Assembly (NCBI GenBank): GCA_977020255.1
Contig: CDROCS010001500.1
Coordinates: 186,001-250,000 of the forward strand
Source: Obrimoposthia wandeli
Lineage: Eukaryota
Direction of reading: 5' to 3'
Length of the DNA: 64,000 nt
Positions 48,601-61,170 of this stretch are shown here, one piece after another (positions within the stretch are counted from its first letter, which is position 1; each line of letters starts with the position of its first letter). The notes beneath the pieces were generated by a model that saw only the letters and a list, made by a program, of their open reading frames with translations, did no database searches and was not told the origin of the DNA. Both the position numbers and the translations under genes were made by a program.

Positions 48601-51600
48601 AAATGGTTGATTTCGGTATCATTCGCGAATTGTAAATGATGATCAAGGAAAATGATTCGGAGAATATGCAGAGGTTGCCTTGCAAACCAGAGTGCAGTTA
48701 GATAGTGTTGTTGATGCTACTCACCGAGGTCCGTCTCTGCTAGCTGGCGGAGAAGCTCCACGATGTCGTGAGAGAGCAGCGCAGTGCCAGTGATGGCCTG
48801 GCTGGCATCTCCGGCTGCCTGACTGCCGCTGACTGGTGGCTCCTCCTCTTGCGGCGGAGATGGGTGGATCACAAGACCGCGGTCCATAATTAGACGGTCA
48901 CGTAGCTCCACCTGACTGCCCAGGAACTGGCTTTGTCCCGTCAGCTGGTCGATCTGGTGGCGCTGATACGCGGCCAACTTCTTCTTCTCCGCCAACTCCT
49001 TCTGGCTCAGGCGCAGCGACTCCGACAGGTCCTCGATCTGGTCCCGGATCAGGTTGAGCTGGTAGCTGGACACGACAGAGAGACTCGACTCAGCTGTACC
49101 CTCGTCATCCTCCTCAACGCGCTTCTCATCATTCAGTCTCATCGTCCTCCTCATCATCACCATCAAATTCCGAGCATTAGAAAAAATTAAAGTGAGAGAG
49201 AATTGTGGGAACTATTCTGTGTCGCCGGGCTCTTGGTGCATAAATGTGCACATACAAGCGCTGGCGTGTACAACAAACAATGCACTGTGCTGCACAATGT
49301 GCCCGTGTGCAGGTTCAAAAACAGGTGATAAAATACAATTGTGTGTTACATATTTATTCTATCGAAAAATCCGGTAAACCCTGCGGGCGCTTCTAATCGC
49401 TGGACTTGGCTCTTGAAATTAGAAGACTTCACGATAAGACAATCAACATAGTTTTAAAAAACTTTTTTTTCTTCACATTTTTTAATCCAAAAAATCAAAT
49501 TACACTCCACGTCAAAACAGTTTACATTCCAACTCGTTCATATATTGGTTTAAAGGTTATTTGAAGAGCCAAAAACAGAACATTGATCAACGTAAATCAG
49601 AAAGTTGTGTTTTAAAATTAGGTGTCAATCTTGATGAGACAATTAGAAATTGTAATTTTCAATATTGAGATCGACTGCCACTTGTGGCTGATGATAATGT
49701 TGAATATGATATTTGAGATTATTTAAAAAATTTGAATAAAGTTTAATATATTTAAGAAATTGTTGAACAATGGAATTAAAATTTCGGTAATTTTCAGTAC
49801 GCACTCAACCTAAAAACATAAAAAACGTTGCAAAAAATGTCTATGCCTTCTTTTCAACTGTATTCTTTTTTTCTCCACTTTGATGCAAACATCTTCCTGG
49901 TCCGTGGATCTACAAATATTCATACTCTGTACCTTTGATAAATTTGGAAACACTGATCTAATTTTACCAATAGCATCGTGATCAATATTCATGGCTTTAA
50001 TGTACTGCTTCACCAGTCCCAGTCTATTATGTAGAAGAAGTACAATTTCCCTTGGAATCAGAGGATAATGTGGGATGTTGTAGCTACCTGGAACAAATGT
50101 AGGACGTTTCGGACTAGCCGTTTTAAAATGAATCTAGGACGTTTCGGACTTTTAAGAATTTTTATCTTCTAATTTTAAGATTTATAAGATATTTTGTGTC
50201 AATTAAGTTTAAATGAAGATGGATTTCGTTCTACTAGGTTTTCTGGTCAATTCATAATATTTTAATTTTATATAATTTAGTTTTCTTGAAGTAAAATAGC
50301 GCACTTGCGATGACGTAAATCAATGATTCAAAAAAATTTTCCTATAAATTTACTCAAATCTTTTTCTTTTTTATTGACTCGAAAACATTCATAAATTGAC
50401 CAATAAAACTTATAAATTGGTTCAAATCTAACTTTTCTATAAAAATTCCTAGAACACCATCTTCAAGTAAACTAAATTATATAAAATTAAAATCTTATAA
50501 ATTGACCAAAAATCCTAGTAGAACGAACACCATCTTCAAATAAACTTAATTGACACAAAATATGTTATAAATCTTAAAATTAGAAGATAAAAATTCCTAA
50601 AAGTCCGAAACGTCCTACTTTAAAAAAGGCCAGTCCGAAATGTTCGCGCACCTTTTTAAATAAAACGTTTCGAACTTTCAAAGTTTTTGTATCAATTTAT
50701 AAGAAATAATCAGTTTTCAAATACTTTAGTTTGAAAGAATTTGGAGTTAGTTCTAATAAGTTTTTTGGGTCAATTTAAAAAGAAAACATGTACAATGTCA
50801 CTCTCACAGACCAGCCACGGACCAACAACGTTTCGGAAGGTTATGTAAGTCGGATTGGTTGCTGTAAATATTGGTAATAAAAAAAATGATTGAACTGTGA
50901 AATTTTGTTTTGATATTTTCCTATAAAATAATTAAAATAACATTTTCTGAATAAGATTTTTCTCTTTTAAATGGACTCAAATTTATTTATTTTTATGAAT
51001 TGACCCAAAAAAATTATTAGAACGATCACCATTTTCAAATAAAATTGGTAACTTACCATTTCTATAACAAAATTGAAATAACTCGAAAAATATTAAACTT
51101 AGAAAGAAAGAACTAATCTTTTTAAATCAGAATAAAATTAGAAACAATTCACAAAATTAAGAAAAACATCAATAATACTTTTTTGCAGCGTTGTTTGACT
51201 GTATCAAAGAAACTTTAGTTGCTGAGCAGTTATGTCAATTTTGATGGAATTGTTTAAAATTAGTGTAGCACATTTACAATTTTTCGAAACTACATAATAA
51301 AGTTCGAAAAACAATTTTTGATAGTTATAACTAGGCATGGCCAAATTGCGACCGAAAGAGAAAAAAAATTATCCTTTTTTTAACAAAGAAATAGTTTTGA
51401 ATTTGAATGCGTAAAATAAATAGAATTTAGCAAAAATTTGCACAAAAAATATAATGTTAAAAAATTCAAGGACACAAAAAATTACACGTTTCTTGCAAAT
51501 GCTGTGAAAAAACAAATACATTATTAAAAAATTATTAGTTTATTAAGATGTATAAAAAATTTATTGATTATAGTGGTTTCTTAAATATCTTTGTTTAGTG

Positions 51601-54600
51601 AACATTTTATTATTGCAAATTACGTAATTATTTGCGACCCACGCGAAACAATGTGTCACTAAAAGGCCCGTGAGATCATTTGGGTTGGCCAAGCCTGGTT
51701 AAACCATTATGTTTTGATAATATTATTAAATAGCATGTGATTTGGATAAAATATTTACGTTAATTAGATACCTACGCGAATTGTGATAAATTTTTTAAAC
51801 AAACTAATATAAATAACTACTTTTGAGAAATGCAATTTTAATAAAATAATACTAAGATTAAAAATATGTACGCAAAATGTGTAGCAACTTTGTTTTAAAA
51901 TTCAAGCTAAACTAACAAGAGGTAAAATATTATAGAAAATAACATTAAACAGGAAGCGAATAGATTTATTAGATATTAGTGCTATATTAAATATAGTATT
52001 GTTATTGATTATTAACAGTAAAATATTGTTTAGTAATTATTTCTGTACAGTTTTGATGAAACTATTTTTCTTCTTTACATTTCAATATACAAAAATTTGC
52101 AAATAAATAAAATATTTTTAAAGAATTTTTATTTTAAAATGAATTGCAAAAACATAGAAGGATTTGAAAAATTAGACGTACAAAAATAAAAATTGCCAGA
52201 CCCTTAAATTTAAAAATAATTTTATATTAAAATTTACATTATACTGCCTTTTAGTATAAGTAATATATGTATGTTTAATTTATATTTCAATATTTGCAAT
52301 AAATTACAAAATCAGTTTTTACAAAAATAAATAAAAAATTGAATTAGTAAGTGTTATTTTTAAAGCAAATAATTTTTTTAAAACTGAAAACACAAAAATG
52401 TTCTTGTTGAAAAATCGTAATACTATTTTATTAATAATACGTAATTATGTAAGTTATTGTTCCAAATTTACTTGTTATTTAATTAGCCTAAGTAATTAAA
52501 CGATAAGTTATTGATCGAAACGTCTAATAAGCAAATAAGTATCTAAAAAAATAACACATTAAGAAAGTAGCCAAAAAAATATAATGTAGCTAGATGAACA
52601 GCAAATTAGCATTTATACAACAGTGAAAAAAATTTATCAATATATTTGTAAAGTGATCACCAGCGTCGTCCAGACATTATTTAATTTGTGATGACAATTT
52701 TCACTAATATGAGGTAGCGGGACTATTATTCTTTAATTGGTCTTCTAAAAAAAATGTAGAACTTAGTCAGAACTTAGCGCTGGGCATGTGATCTCTAAAT
52801 TTTGACTTCAAACATTTTAATGTGTTCATGTCGACTCCTGAATCTTGTAACTGTGACCAAAATTACGTTGCAAGAAGATGTACAAATTTTTCTTTTCAAA
52901 CCATTGGAGCTCAAAGACTTTTGTTCTGTTCATCATCACAATAGTTGATTCTTTTGAGATGTGTAAAGATTTGGTAAGGTAAGTAAAAAGATTTTCTTTT
53001 GCCCAAAGTCGGTAATTTTGATTATTAACATAACCGTCAAGAAGAAAAGGAGCTTAATCATTGCTAATCGACTGCAACATCCATTCGCAGAAGTAAACCC
53101 TTCAGTGCAAGCAGCAGCAGTGGTAAGTTGGTTTCTTACATATACTTCTTGCTATGTTCCCATCTCGTCGACTTGAATAATCGGGCTTCGTTATGTTCGT
53201 ATACTTTAAAAATGTATGTAGTGAACGATAAATTTGAGAAAAAGAAGAACCCAGTATAAAATATAAAGAAATACGGTTGGCAGCCTTTTCTTACGGTTAC
53301 TTAGATTCGGCGAATATTTATCTCAATATACATTTTCACTTCCAATTAGAAAAATATAGGAAAATAGTTTAAAAAGTTTGTAAATTTAATATTTTATCAA
53401 TTTAATTTATTTTGTAATTTTAAATAAGAGTAAATACTCTTATTTGATAGTTATAAAGAAATAAGAACTAATCTCTTGCATGTTAAAACGAGATATTTAT
53501 GTAAAAACATGTGATAAACATGATAATACGACGATATTGTCGAGTAAGAGTTTTAATGGCCGTTGGATATATTAGCTGATATATTTTAGCTGTACAGGCA
53601 ATTTAGTAATTGGATAACTTTTGTTTGAAAATGGAAAATATCAAAATTATCGAAAATATGTTTTGGGTATGAAAACCCACCATGAGTAAATGAAGATGTA
53701 TCTCATTAAATATGCTGACAGCAGCATTGCGCAACATCGAAAAATCGTCAGATTTTCCAAACACCTTAAAATATTTTCAACAGTTTTAGGTCATTCTTTT
53801 GTATGTTTGATGAAGGACTGTATTCGTTTACACCCCAAGCCTCACACGCTGATCTTTCAGAACTATTTTTATGAATGACTACAAACTCATTAATAGGAAT
53901 CTAGTGATCAAATATGTTAGACTTCATGCACCATTTCTTTCTCCGTGGTTTGGAGCTGACGATTTGACTCGTGGCATTGAAACTAATGTACTAATCTAGA
54001 GATAAGAGATTCTGATGCTGAAGATTTGTTGGACATCATACTTTATATGATTGTGGAACCAGCTTAAGCATTGGGGCGACCAGACAATTATTTTGAAAAT
54101 TGCACTGGAGGTTTTGATATTGCCTAATGAATTGAGCGTTTTTTGTAACGGAACGTATATGTTTCTCAATACAAGATTATCTGCATCCGTTCTTAAGCAA
54201 CCGTATTTTCAGTCTAATCGAGTCTGTCAGCATTCGTAAATGTTTGAGGATAAACACCAAGCTCTCCGGACAAGGCATTTTATTAAACTGATATGCCATT
54301 TTGATTAAACCTGGAAATAATAATAAAAATGCATTTAATATGTTTTGTTACAGGCTTCTCAGGGCTTCTTAACCCATTTTTACTAAATCCTCCTCAAAAA
54401 TATTTTGAACAAAAATTTAACTAAAGATCTATTTAAGGAAACCAGAAAAATCCTTAGTTAATTTGTGCCTAATGCCTCTCGGAAAAGTTTCTATTCTTAG
54501 TTGGGAAGTTGTCAGCTCCAACCGCAAATCTCCTCACATAGAAACTATCGGACAGATATCGTTATCAGAAAAGACAAAATCATTAGAGGAGCGGTCTGAG

Positions 54601-57600
54601 CCTTGTCCTTTAAACCTAAAGAGACAAACTACCGAGGGATCCGGCTGCAAATTCAAAAGCTGCTCTTGAATGCAACACTCACAAGGTGTGATTGAACAAA
54701 TTGCTGGTGGCAAGCACCAATCAGGAGATTTCAAATCACGCCGATCTTGAAATCGGTCGCTGTTAGCATTCCGATATGGTCGGTAATACTGGTTAGTGCA
54801 TGGTCTTCTGCTTTGCAGCTATTCAGATTCCAAAAACGTTTGATGATTATTTCCAGTGTTGTGCTAAATCCGAGAATAGCAACCGGCAGCCGAGAAGCAG
54901 TGGTATATACAGTTCGGTTCAAAATGATAAGGCCAACTAATCCATATTAAAGAAATCCAAATCACACGCAGAAAACTGATCATTTACAAATAGTAACTTA
55001 ACAATTCTAGCTCTTAAGACTGCATTTATTTATTCTACCAAGAATGGACGTAAAAATGTTGTGAATGTTTTCTTTAGAAATTGAATTACGGATTTTTTGT
55101 TGACTGCAAAAATAGTTTAGTTAAATAACTTTCTTTGAAGGATTCTTCTTCCACACATGCCTCATCTTCTCGACATTCTTAAGATTGGGAGAGTGAGCAG
55201 GCTTGTCGTTCATGAAAACTTTACCCTGACCACACATAAATTCCAGTGTCTGCAGATTGATTGTTTACGGAAATATAATAAAATATCGCTCACCAAAACG
55301 TCCCTAGATATTGGCAATATTTTTTAATCCACAATTAATTGGTCTTCTTTCATAAAACCCTTTTAGCTTCTATTTCAAGTTTGCAATCGCCAGTAAAAAT
55401 CGTATTTAGTCTTTTATCTTTATTGCATTGTTTGTAAATATAGGCCCACCGTAAAATTCTTGCTGTTTTATTCAATTAAAAGGTTTGTAAAATATGTATT
55501 GCTTAAAAAAGAGTAAGTTAAACATAAAAACAATTGAAATTTTCCATTTATTGAAGCAAATGTTTAATTGATTTAGTCATTAAAATGAGTTGCTTGCAGG
55601 ACATAGTAATATCTAACTGCAAAGAAAGTCTGGCGGTTAGTGTTTGACGATTCACCATTGTAAGAGCCTCCCAACAATTTCGGTGTGATGAGACTGTGAA
55701 ATAGGAAATGTCGAGCGAGAATATGAGATGGCAGTGGGAAATTGTGGCAGATTGTGTTGACAGAAGGAGAAAGTCATGTGGAGGTCATGATGTGTACATT
55801 TGGTTGCGGTCAGGTGGGTGCGTATCTTCGCGATGATGTGTGTGTTAGAACCAAGTAGGTTAAATAATTGGTGTGAAAGTTCATTATCTGGGTCAAGCGA
55901 TTATTCATTCGACAGGCTTTAACGTCTCTAATTGGAAGTAATACATTTAAGCATAGGATCGCAACATAATTAATTTGTATTTTAATCAGTAGGTGTAGGT
56001 GCAAACTCAACCTTATGCAATGATTGTTCGTTGTAATCCAATATACTTATCAGAAACTTACTAAAATGAAACGCAAATTTAGTCCACCCCAGTTTTCTTT
56101 CGCTAAATTTTAAACATAGACAAAGATAAATTTATCTAGCTGATAAAAAAAACTATTCAAAAACGTTTAACTGTTTATTTTTGTTACATTTATTCTTCCT
56201 ATTAAAGTTTTAATGAGGAAAATTTTCAAAAACCCTTTCTAAATATAAATATTCGTGCTATTTCTCACACGAATCGACAACTGATTTTATAATTTTAAAA
56301 CGTCATCTTCTGCATGTTCCATTCCATTGGCGATTGGGATTTTCAATCATATAATATCGCTTAAGTAATATGCTTTGAAAGAACAATGTAATTTGTAACC
56401 TAAAGATTATTTGCACGGCCTTGTTCAGAAGCTTTATGAGCCTTGAATCACATTAACCTAAGCTAGAAGAGGTTTCCGAATGTGTTCACATTATCGCACC
56501 ATCTTTAGATAAATACTGACGAATTTTCGCCGTTTTTCTCAATCGGAAGTTGTACGTTTTCAGTAAATTGTTCATTTGAATTGTCATTGGTTAATTTTCA
56601 TCAAAGCACCCGCTAATATTGTTTCTTTGCTTTCTTGGAGGTCTGTTTTCAACCCATTATATGTATACAAAACATACGAACATCAATTAGGACTGACATA
56701 AAATATAAACAATTTTGAAGATTTTTTTACATTTCAAAGATATATTAACTAGCACAAATTCTACAGCAACCTCTGATTTCTTCTGTGAGTTGAAAATAAG
56801 ATTTTAGTAATAAGTAGAATGAAAATCATAATTGAATTTTTAAATTTTCAACTGACAAATTAATTTACTAATTAGTTCAAGTGCATTTGAATCTAGCATA
56901 AATGTCCTGGGAAAATGAATTCAATTGGAGCTAAAAAAAGCTCAAAGAGCAAAAAATCTCGAGATTTGCATAAAGCATATTAGACGGAAATTACTACCCA
57001 AGATTCACACTGCAGGGTGTTTTATCAATACCAATGCTAAATCTAACTTGTTTTTACTACTTAGACAAACCTTGCATTGTTGTGCTATTTGTTTGTTCGG
57101 TTGTTTTGACTGCTTGTATAAACAGAAAAGTAAAAAGCAATATTGTCAAATAAAAAATAAGTATTTGTCTAATAAACAAACAATCAGCGCACACAATCCT
57201 GAGCACATTTATCATATCACATACGGTACATCAAATCAGATATTGTGTATGTGCATGTGTGCGTGGCATTGTGCAGCATCGCAGAGTTCTAGACCTAATT
57301 TAAGAGCAGTAGAAACACCAGTCATTTTTGGCATTAGCAACTCCGTGTCATATATCAAATGTGAAAATAATAGCGAGCTTTGATGCACACTGAAATATAA
57401 GGCAGCATGCCAAAAGACATCATTAAATAATTAATCAGCAATTTCTACACATTTGATTATCTCTACAAAAATAAAAACCGTTTCAAGATATTTTTAGGGA
57501 GAATAAAAAAAGAAAGACAAATACTTTAGAAACAAATATGCCAAAACGGTGCATTGTAAATGTCAAGTATAACTAAGTAAATCAAGAAAATACCATAAAT

Positions 57601-58658
57601 TCTATTCTGTATTTGCTAAACTCTTAATCTCAATGTGAACAAAAGTTTATAGAAGTAGAGTACCTTAAATTGACAATCCCCGCACAGTGAGCACGTATAT
57701 GCATCTTAGGAGCTACAATGATGACTGAAGATTGATCAAGAAATTCCCAAATAAACAGAGTGAGGGAATATTTGAAATTTACGTTCCGAATCTTTACTAC
57801 AATTTACCGATGGCTATATTAAAATTATTGCTGTTATTGTATAATATAGTGCAATTGAAATAAAATAAATTATTGGAATTGTTTAAATAAAGTCGGAGCG
57901 AAAATTACTACCAAATTTTACCCCCTAAACAATCTGTGGCTCTTCATTATTTAAATAATATCCCAGAATCGTTTTGCCATAAAATATTTCTGCTTTAAGT
58001 CAATTTTAGCAAAAGCAATGCATGAAGCCAACTATTCTTATGTGTTTCATAGTTATTTTACGTACCGAACTGTTTGATAAATAATCGAAAGCATCCCTAA
58101 CATCGCTTTCAAATCATTTAAACTTACATTTTCTTCCTTCAGTGAACAATAATCAAAATTGAAGTGTTTTAAAATAAATGATTATACTTTATATAATTGC
58201 ATAATAGTTATATGTAGCGATTCTCACCTCACCATTTCCTTGTGTTCGTCCAATTTTATGTATGCAAGTTTAAATTCCTTGTTTTGCTCTTCGAGCTGTC
58301 TGATTCTCACATCTGGTCCTACTGGCTCAATAGATGACGTTCGACTACCGTACTTTGAGGATGTGGAATCTGATAGCTAAAACCACGATAAATATATTCA
58401 AATTAAAATATTACTGCCGAAACTGAAGACCGCTCATTAGAATCATCCTAAATAAAAATAAAATAAAAATTTTATCACGAAAAACCTCATTATTTTGCTG
58501 ATCAATTTCTAGTTTTAGTCTTTGAGCTTCCTTATGACTTTTCATTTCCTTTTCTCTTTCTGAGTCAGCCTTTATTTTAAAAAAGTCAATATTACAATTT
58601 TTAATTAAAATACTTCGGCTGCAAGTTTTCTGAAGTCCGTATTATTTGAAGATGTCAT
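27623..58658 (-). CDS. LRRFIP2: LRR-flightless-interacting protein (LRRFIP1/2 family), 9 coding exons, 370 aa
   Basis: Exons 58614-58658, 58486-58569, 58415-58447, 58228-58376, 48725-49065, 47989-48159, 36600-36676, 29679-29783 and 27623-27730 join through GT-AG introns with matching phases into 1113 nt with no internal stop. Motifs YQLNLIRD, LRDRLIMDRGLVI, VIRLEGQVKRHK and IEDLKSENMTLTKKLEK match LRRFIP coiled coils. Paralog assignment is family-level only. Confidence 0.9.
28015..28214. repeat. 33-bp minisatellite, 6 copies (CTTAGGGAGGATTCTCACTTTGAATTGGGCAGT)
   Basis: Units start at 28015, 28048, 28081, 28114, 28147 and 28180; in LRRFIP intron 8. Confidence 0.95.
30128..31298. repeat. 16-bp satellite (GATCGAGGTTGTGCAT), ~73 copies
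   Basis: Highly homogeneous array with degenerate edges; in LRRFIP intron 7. Confidence 0.98.
34471..35057 (+). repeat. Left arm of a ~590-bp inverted repeat (Tc1-type transposase 3' remnant)
   Basis: Reverse complement of 38115-38700 with few mismatches. SPDFNNVGNVWE resembles the Tc1 SPDLNPIENVW motif. Confidence 0.85.
38115..39300 (-). mobile_element. Degenerate Tc1/mariner copy; 38115-38700 is the right arm of the inverted repeat
   Basis: Inverted match to 34471-35057; upstream transposase-like fragments (SDE..F) on the minus strand. Confidence 0.6.
41130..41830 (-). mobile_element. Degenerate IS630-Tc1-mariner transposase
   Basis: ERRKKCRRLY...VIIDDESYFTL (first catalytic D region) and WPDLQ (SPDL-like). 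Confidence 0.6.
42250..42381 (+). repeat. 5' LTR of element 2 (AGTTA...TAACT, 132 bp)
   Basis: Inverted termini AGTTA/TAACT; followed by a tRNA-Arg-like PBS. Confidence 0.8.
42400..43350 (+). pseudogene. gag: gag remnant of element 2 with two CCHC knuckles
   Basis: CFYCGEKGHFRNQCP (shifted frame, ~43233-43277) and CLIC*KEGHNFNSC. Confidence 0.8.
43531..46480 (+). pseudogene. pol: pol remnant of element 2 (PR, RT, RNase H, IN)
   Basis: MLWDSRASVT (protease); RMCVDYRQLN, LPFGL and YPGD (decayed YxDD); IDTDASF...IAYASR; IDRFSK, TDRERIF, NGLAER and YVGPY. Confidence 0.9.
46631..46753 (+). repeat. 3' LTR of element 2 (5' end lost)
   Basis: Aligns with the 5' LTR from TGTAATCAG to CATAACT. Confidence 0.85.
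50090..50652. mobile_element. Fold-back MITE with long imperfect terminal inverted repeats
   Basis: ~50135-50290 is the reverse complement of ~50461-50617; AGGACGTTTCGGACT motifs repeat at both ends; no TSD found. Confidence 0.7.
51332..51697. mobile_element. hAT-type MITE
   Basis: TIRs TAGGCATGGCCAA / TTGGCCAAGCCTG; 8-bp flanks GTTATAAC and GTTAAACC (6/8 identical). Confidence 0.65.
54400..54950 (-). mobile_element. Possible Penelope-like (GIY-YIG region) remnant
   Basis: Fragments VAFKSS...LKDK...FLCEEICG resemble the region preceding the Penelope GIY-YIG endonuclease; heavily decayed. Confidence 0.3.
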
Positions 58659-58899
58659 ATTAGTAAGGATATATGTGAATTAATAGACCATCGGAAATTT
58701 AATTTTATTAGTAAAATATATTTGAATTTTGGAAAATAGGTTTTTTATCGTTTAATAAATTTAAACAAAAGCTTATTTTTGATTTCAAATTATTATAGAC
58801 ATTTAATAATATGAATTAAAAGTGTCAAATTTCTTGGGATATTTTAATTTTTTATTTATAATCTTAAGCTTACGATCCTAAAGTGAAGACAAGTGAAGA

Positions 58900-59152
58900 C
58901 ATTCCTCAAACATTCTAAATACATGACAATTAATTTCTACGTGGTTTCTACATATTTCTACAGTCACTTTTTACACTCAACTTCTACAATCATTTTCTAC
59001 ATTTTTGTATTCACTAATTTATCTACAACTTCATTTGACATATATCAATACGTGGTGGAGGTAAGGATCGCAGTTCCACTTTCTCCATCATAGGTGGGTT
59101 ACAAAGAGTCTCAGTTCTTCACATCTTCGTCGTATCTTCGAGCATACTTGAC
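58900..59152. repeat. 253-bp direct repeat, copy 1 (copy 2 at 60596-60848)
   Basis: The two copies appear identical by eye. Confidence 0.92.
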
Positions 59153-60276
59153 AAGTGGTTGTTATTGGAGTCTAATTCTGCACATATCTTTCTTTAGTGA
59201 GTAGTATATAATAATCAGAATTTTACATTAAAAGAGAAAATATGTATTGAAAGTATTTAAACCATAATAATTTAATGAATTCTCCGTCGGATTTGCTGAA
59301 ATTTCCAATATACTTATTTTAATTTTAATTAATATCGAAATTTCGTAGATTGACCTACAAATACGATCTCAAAATATAAAAATCCGCATATAACTAACGG
59401 AGATCTTCCAAAAAATATGAATTATTTATTTTAGAATTAAGTTTAGGCTAAACATGGAATAAAGAATTTGGATATATTTTCATATTGTTAGGATGCACAA
59501 AATATGAATTATGAATATTAAAATTGATTATTTATAGTAAAAAAAGTAACTTTGGTTTGGAATTTAAATTAACAAATTAAGTACGAAATTAGGAATTAAA
59601 AATGGTGAAAAAAATATTTCATTGATAGACCTTTAAAATTTGTAAGAATATAAAAGAGATAGTTTGCAAAAAAGAGGGCACTGAAAAAAAATGCTAGAAT
59701 AAAGTAACCCAAATGTGAATAGCGAGATACAGTTTCGAAAAAAAATACAGTTAACTCGGATCAGAGTTTTCGACCACTAATTCACAGTGAGCTTGATGTG
59801 CAGAAAGTAAACTAGAACCACCGTTTACGACATCTGGCATCGACACGATATACACACCGGACAAAATTCACAAATGTACAAATTAGACAAGGAAAGACAA
59901 ATAAGAATCAGCTCAAAACCAGCCATTCTTGTAACGAGCATTCAATTGATTTAGTACATAATAATATAAACAGTGTGAAATTAACATTTAGATTGCAGTT
60001 TTTAGAAACTGAATGATAAGAAAAAGATTTTCCAGTCTTAACTGTGAACACGTCAGAATTATCAGGCGACGTACAAGTATTCCAGAGTACTTTATCAAAA
60101 CCGTCCAGAGGATGTTCAACAAATAGTGAGATCCCAAAATTGAATAATTGTAACGACTTAAATTTTATTATTCAATCAGAAACAGTAATTGTTTTTACTC
60201 AGAATTGAATAATAGTAACTGTAATCAACTTAATAAGTGTTCGTAAAACAACGTTTCGTAATAACTTGATTCATAA

Positions 60277-60609
60277 TCACGTTGAATTATTTTGTACTTT
60301 GTCCAACATACCTTGGGCGAAGCGGAGCCGAGTGCGGACTCCGCTGAGGGCCGACCAGTGCGGGACGTTTACACAAAAGTGGCTGGGTCTTGTCGTTCTG
60401 CTACACAGAAAAAACACCAACACTCTCCAAGGTTCCTCCAACAAAATTCCACTTTCACATCTGTGTCCTCTTGGTTTTATTCGATTATGATGTACTTTGT
60501 AAGTTGTCTTCTGCATACTGAACAACGAGGGTATGTAATATAGGTGTTTGCAGGGTCTTGGTCTTCGTTCTGGCATATCTTGTAAACATATTGGGCATTC
60601 CTCAAACAT
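60277..60609 (-). CDS. Small ORF with a degenerate RING-like N-terminus
   Basis: MFEECPICLQDMPERRPRPCKHLY carries C-x2-C...C-x-H; the later RING ligands are absent. Confidence 0.35.
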   Translation of the reverse strand: MFEECPICLQDMPERRPRPCKHLYYIPSLFSMQKTTYKVHHNRIKPRGHRCESGILLEEPWRVLVFFLCSRTTRPSHFCVNVPHWSALSGVRTRLRFAQGMLDKVQNNST

Positions 60610-61083
60610 TCTAAATACATGACAATTAATTTCTACGTGGTTTCTACATATTTCTACAGTCACTTTTTACACTCAACTTCTACAATCATTTTCTACATTT
60701 TTGTATTCACTAATTTATCTACAACTTCATTTGACATATATCAATACGTGGTGGAGGTAAGGATCGCAGTTCCACTTTCTCCATCATAGGTGGGTTACAA
60801 AGAGTCTCAGTTCTTCACATCTTCGTCGTATCTTCGAGCATACTTGACTGTCTTTTACATTACCGTGAGTAGAAATACTGAAGTAGATATTACGGTCATT
60901 GCTATTAAAGAATTAACCGGTGTTATTCCGCTATCTGTATTCTGGTAATCATATTACTGATCACTTACTGATTTGAACGGTGTTTCGAACGGTTCTGTTT
61001 GATTTTTGTAAGTAGGGAGATGTGATGACTTCGACTCAAAGCAATAAATCCCCCCGAGGAAAGATGTCCCGAGTACGATGGCC

Positions 61084-61170
61084 GATGCCATGGAAACGTG
61101 GTGGTTGTCATGTCAACTAAGATACACACCGTTGCCATGTGTGTATGTAAGTGCATGTTTCCATGGCAAC
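61084..61170. promoter_or_regulatory. Pair of RFX X-box-like motifs in inverted orientation
   Basis: GTTTCCATGGCAAC (61157-61170) fits the X-box consensus GTHNYYATRRNAAC exactly; GATGCCATGGAAAC (61084-61097) has one mismatch. Confidence 0.35.

Noticed and set aside
48933-49190. 85-aa plus-strand ORF
   Set aside because: Antisense shadow of GC-rich LRRFIP exon 5.
27623-58658. Functional link between LRRFIP (a nucleic-acid-sensing protein in mammals) and the adjacent viral elements
   Set aside because: Only proximity supports it, and TE density is high throughout the window.
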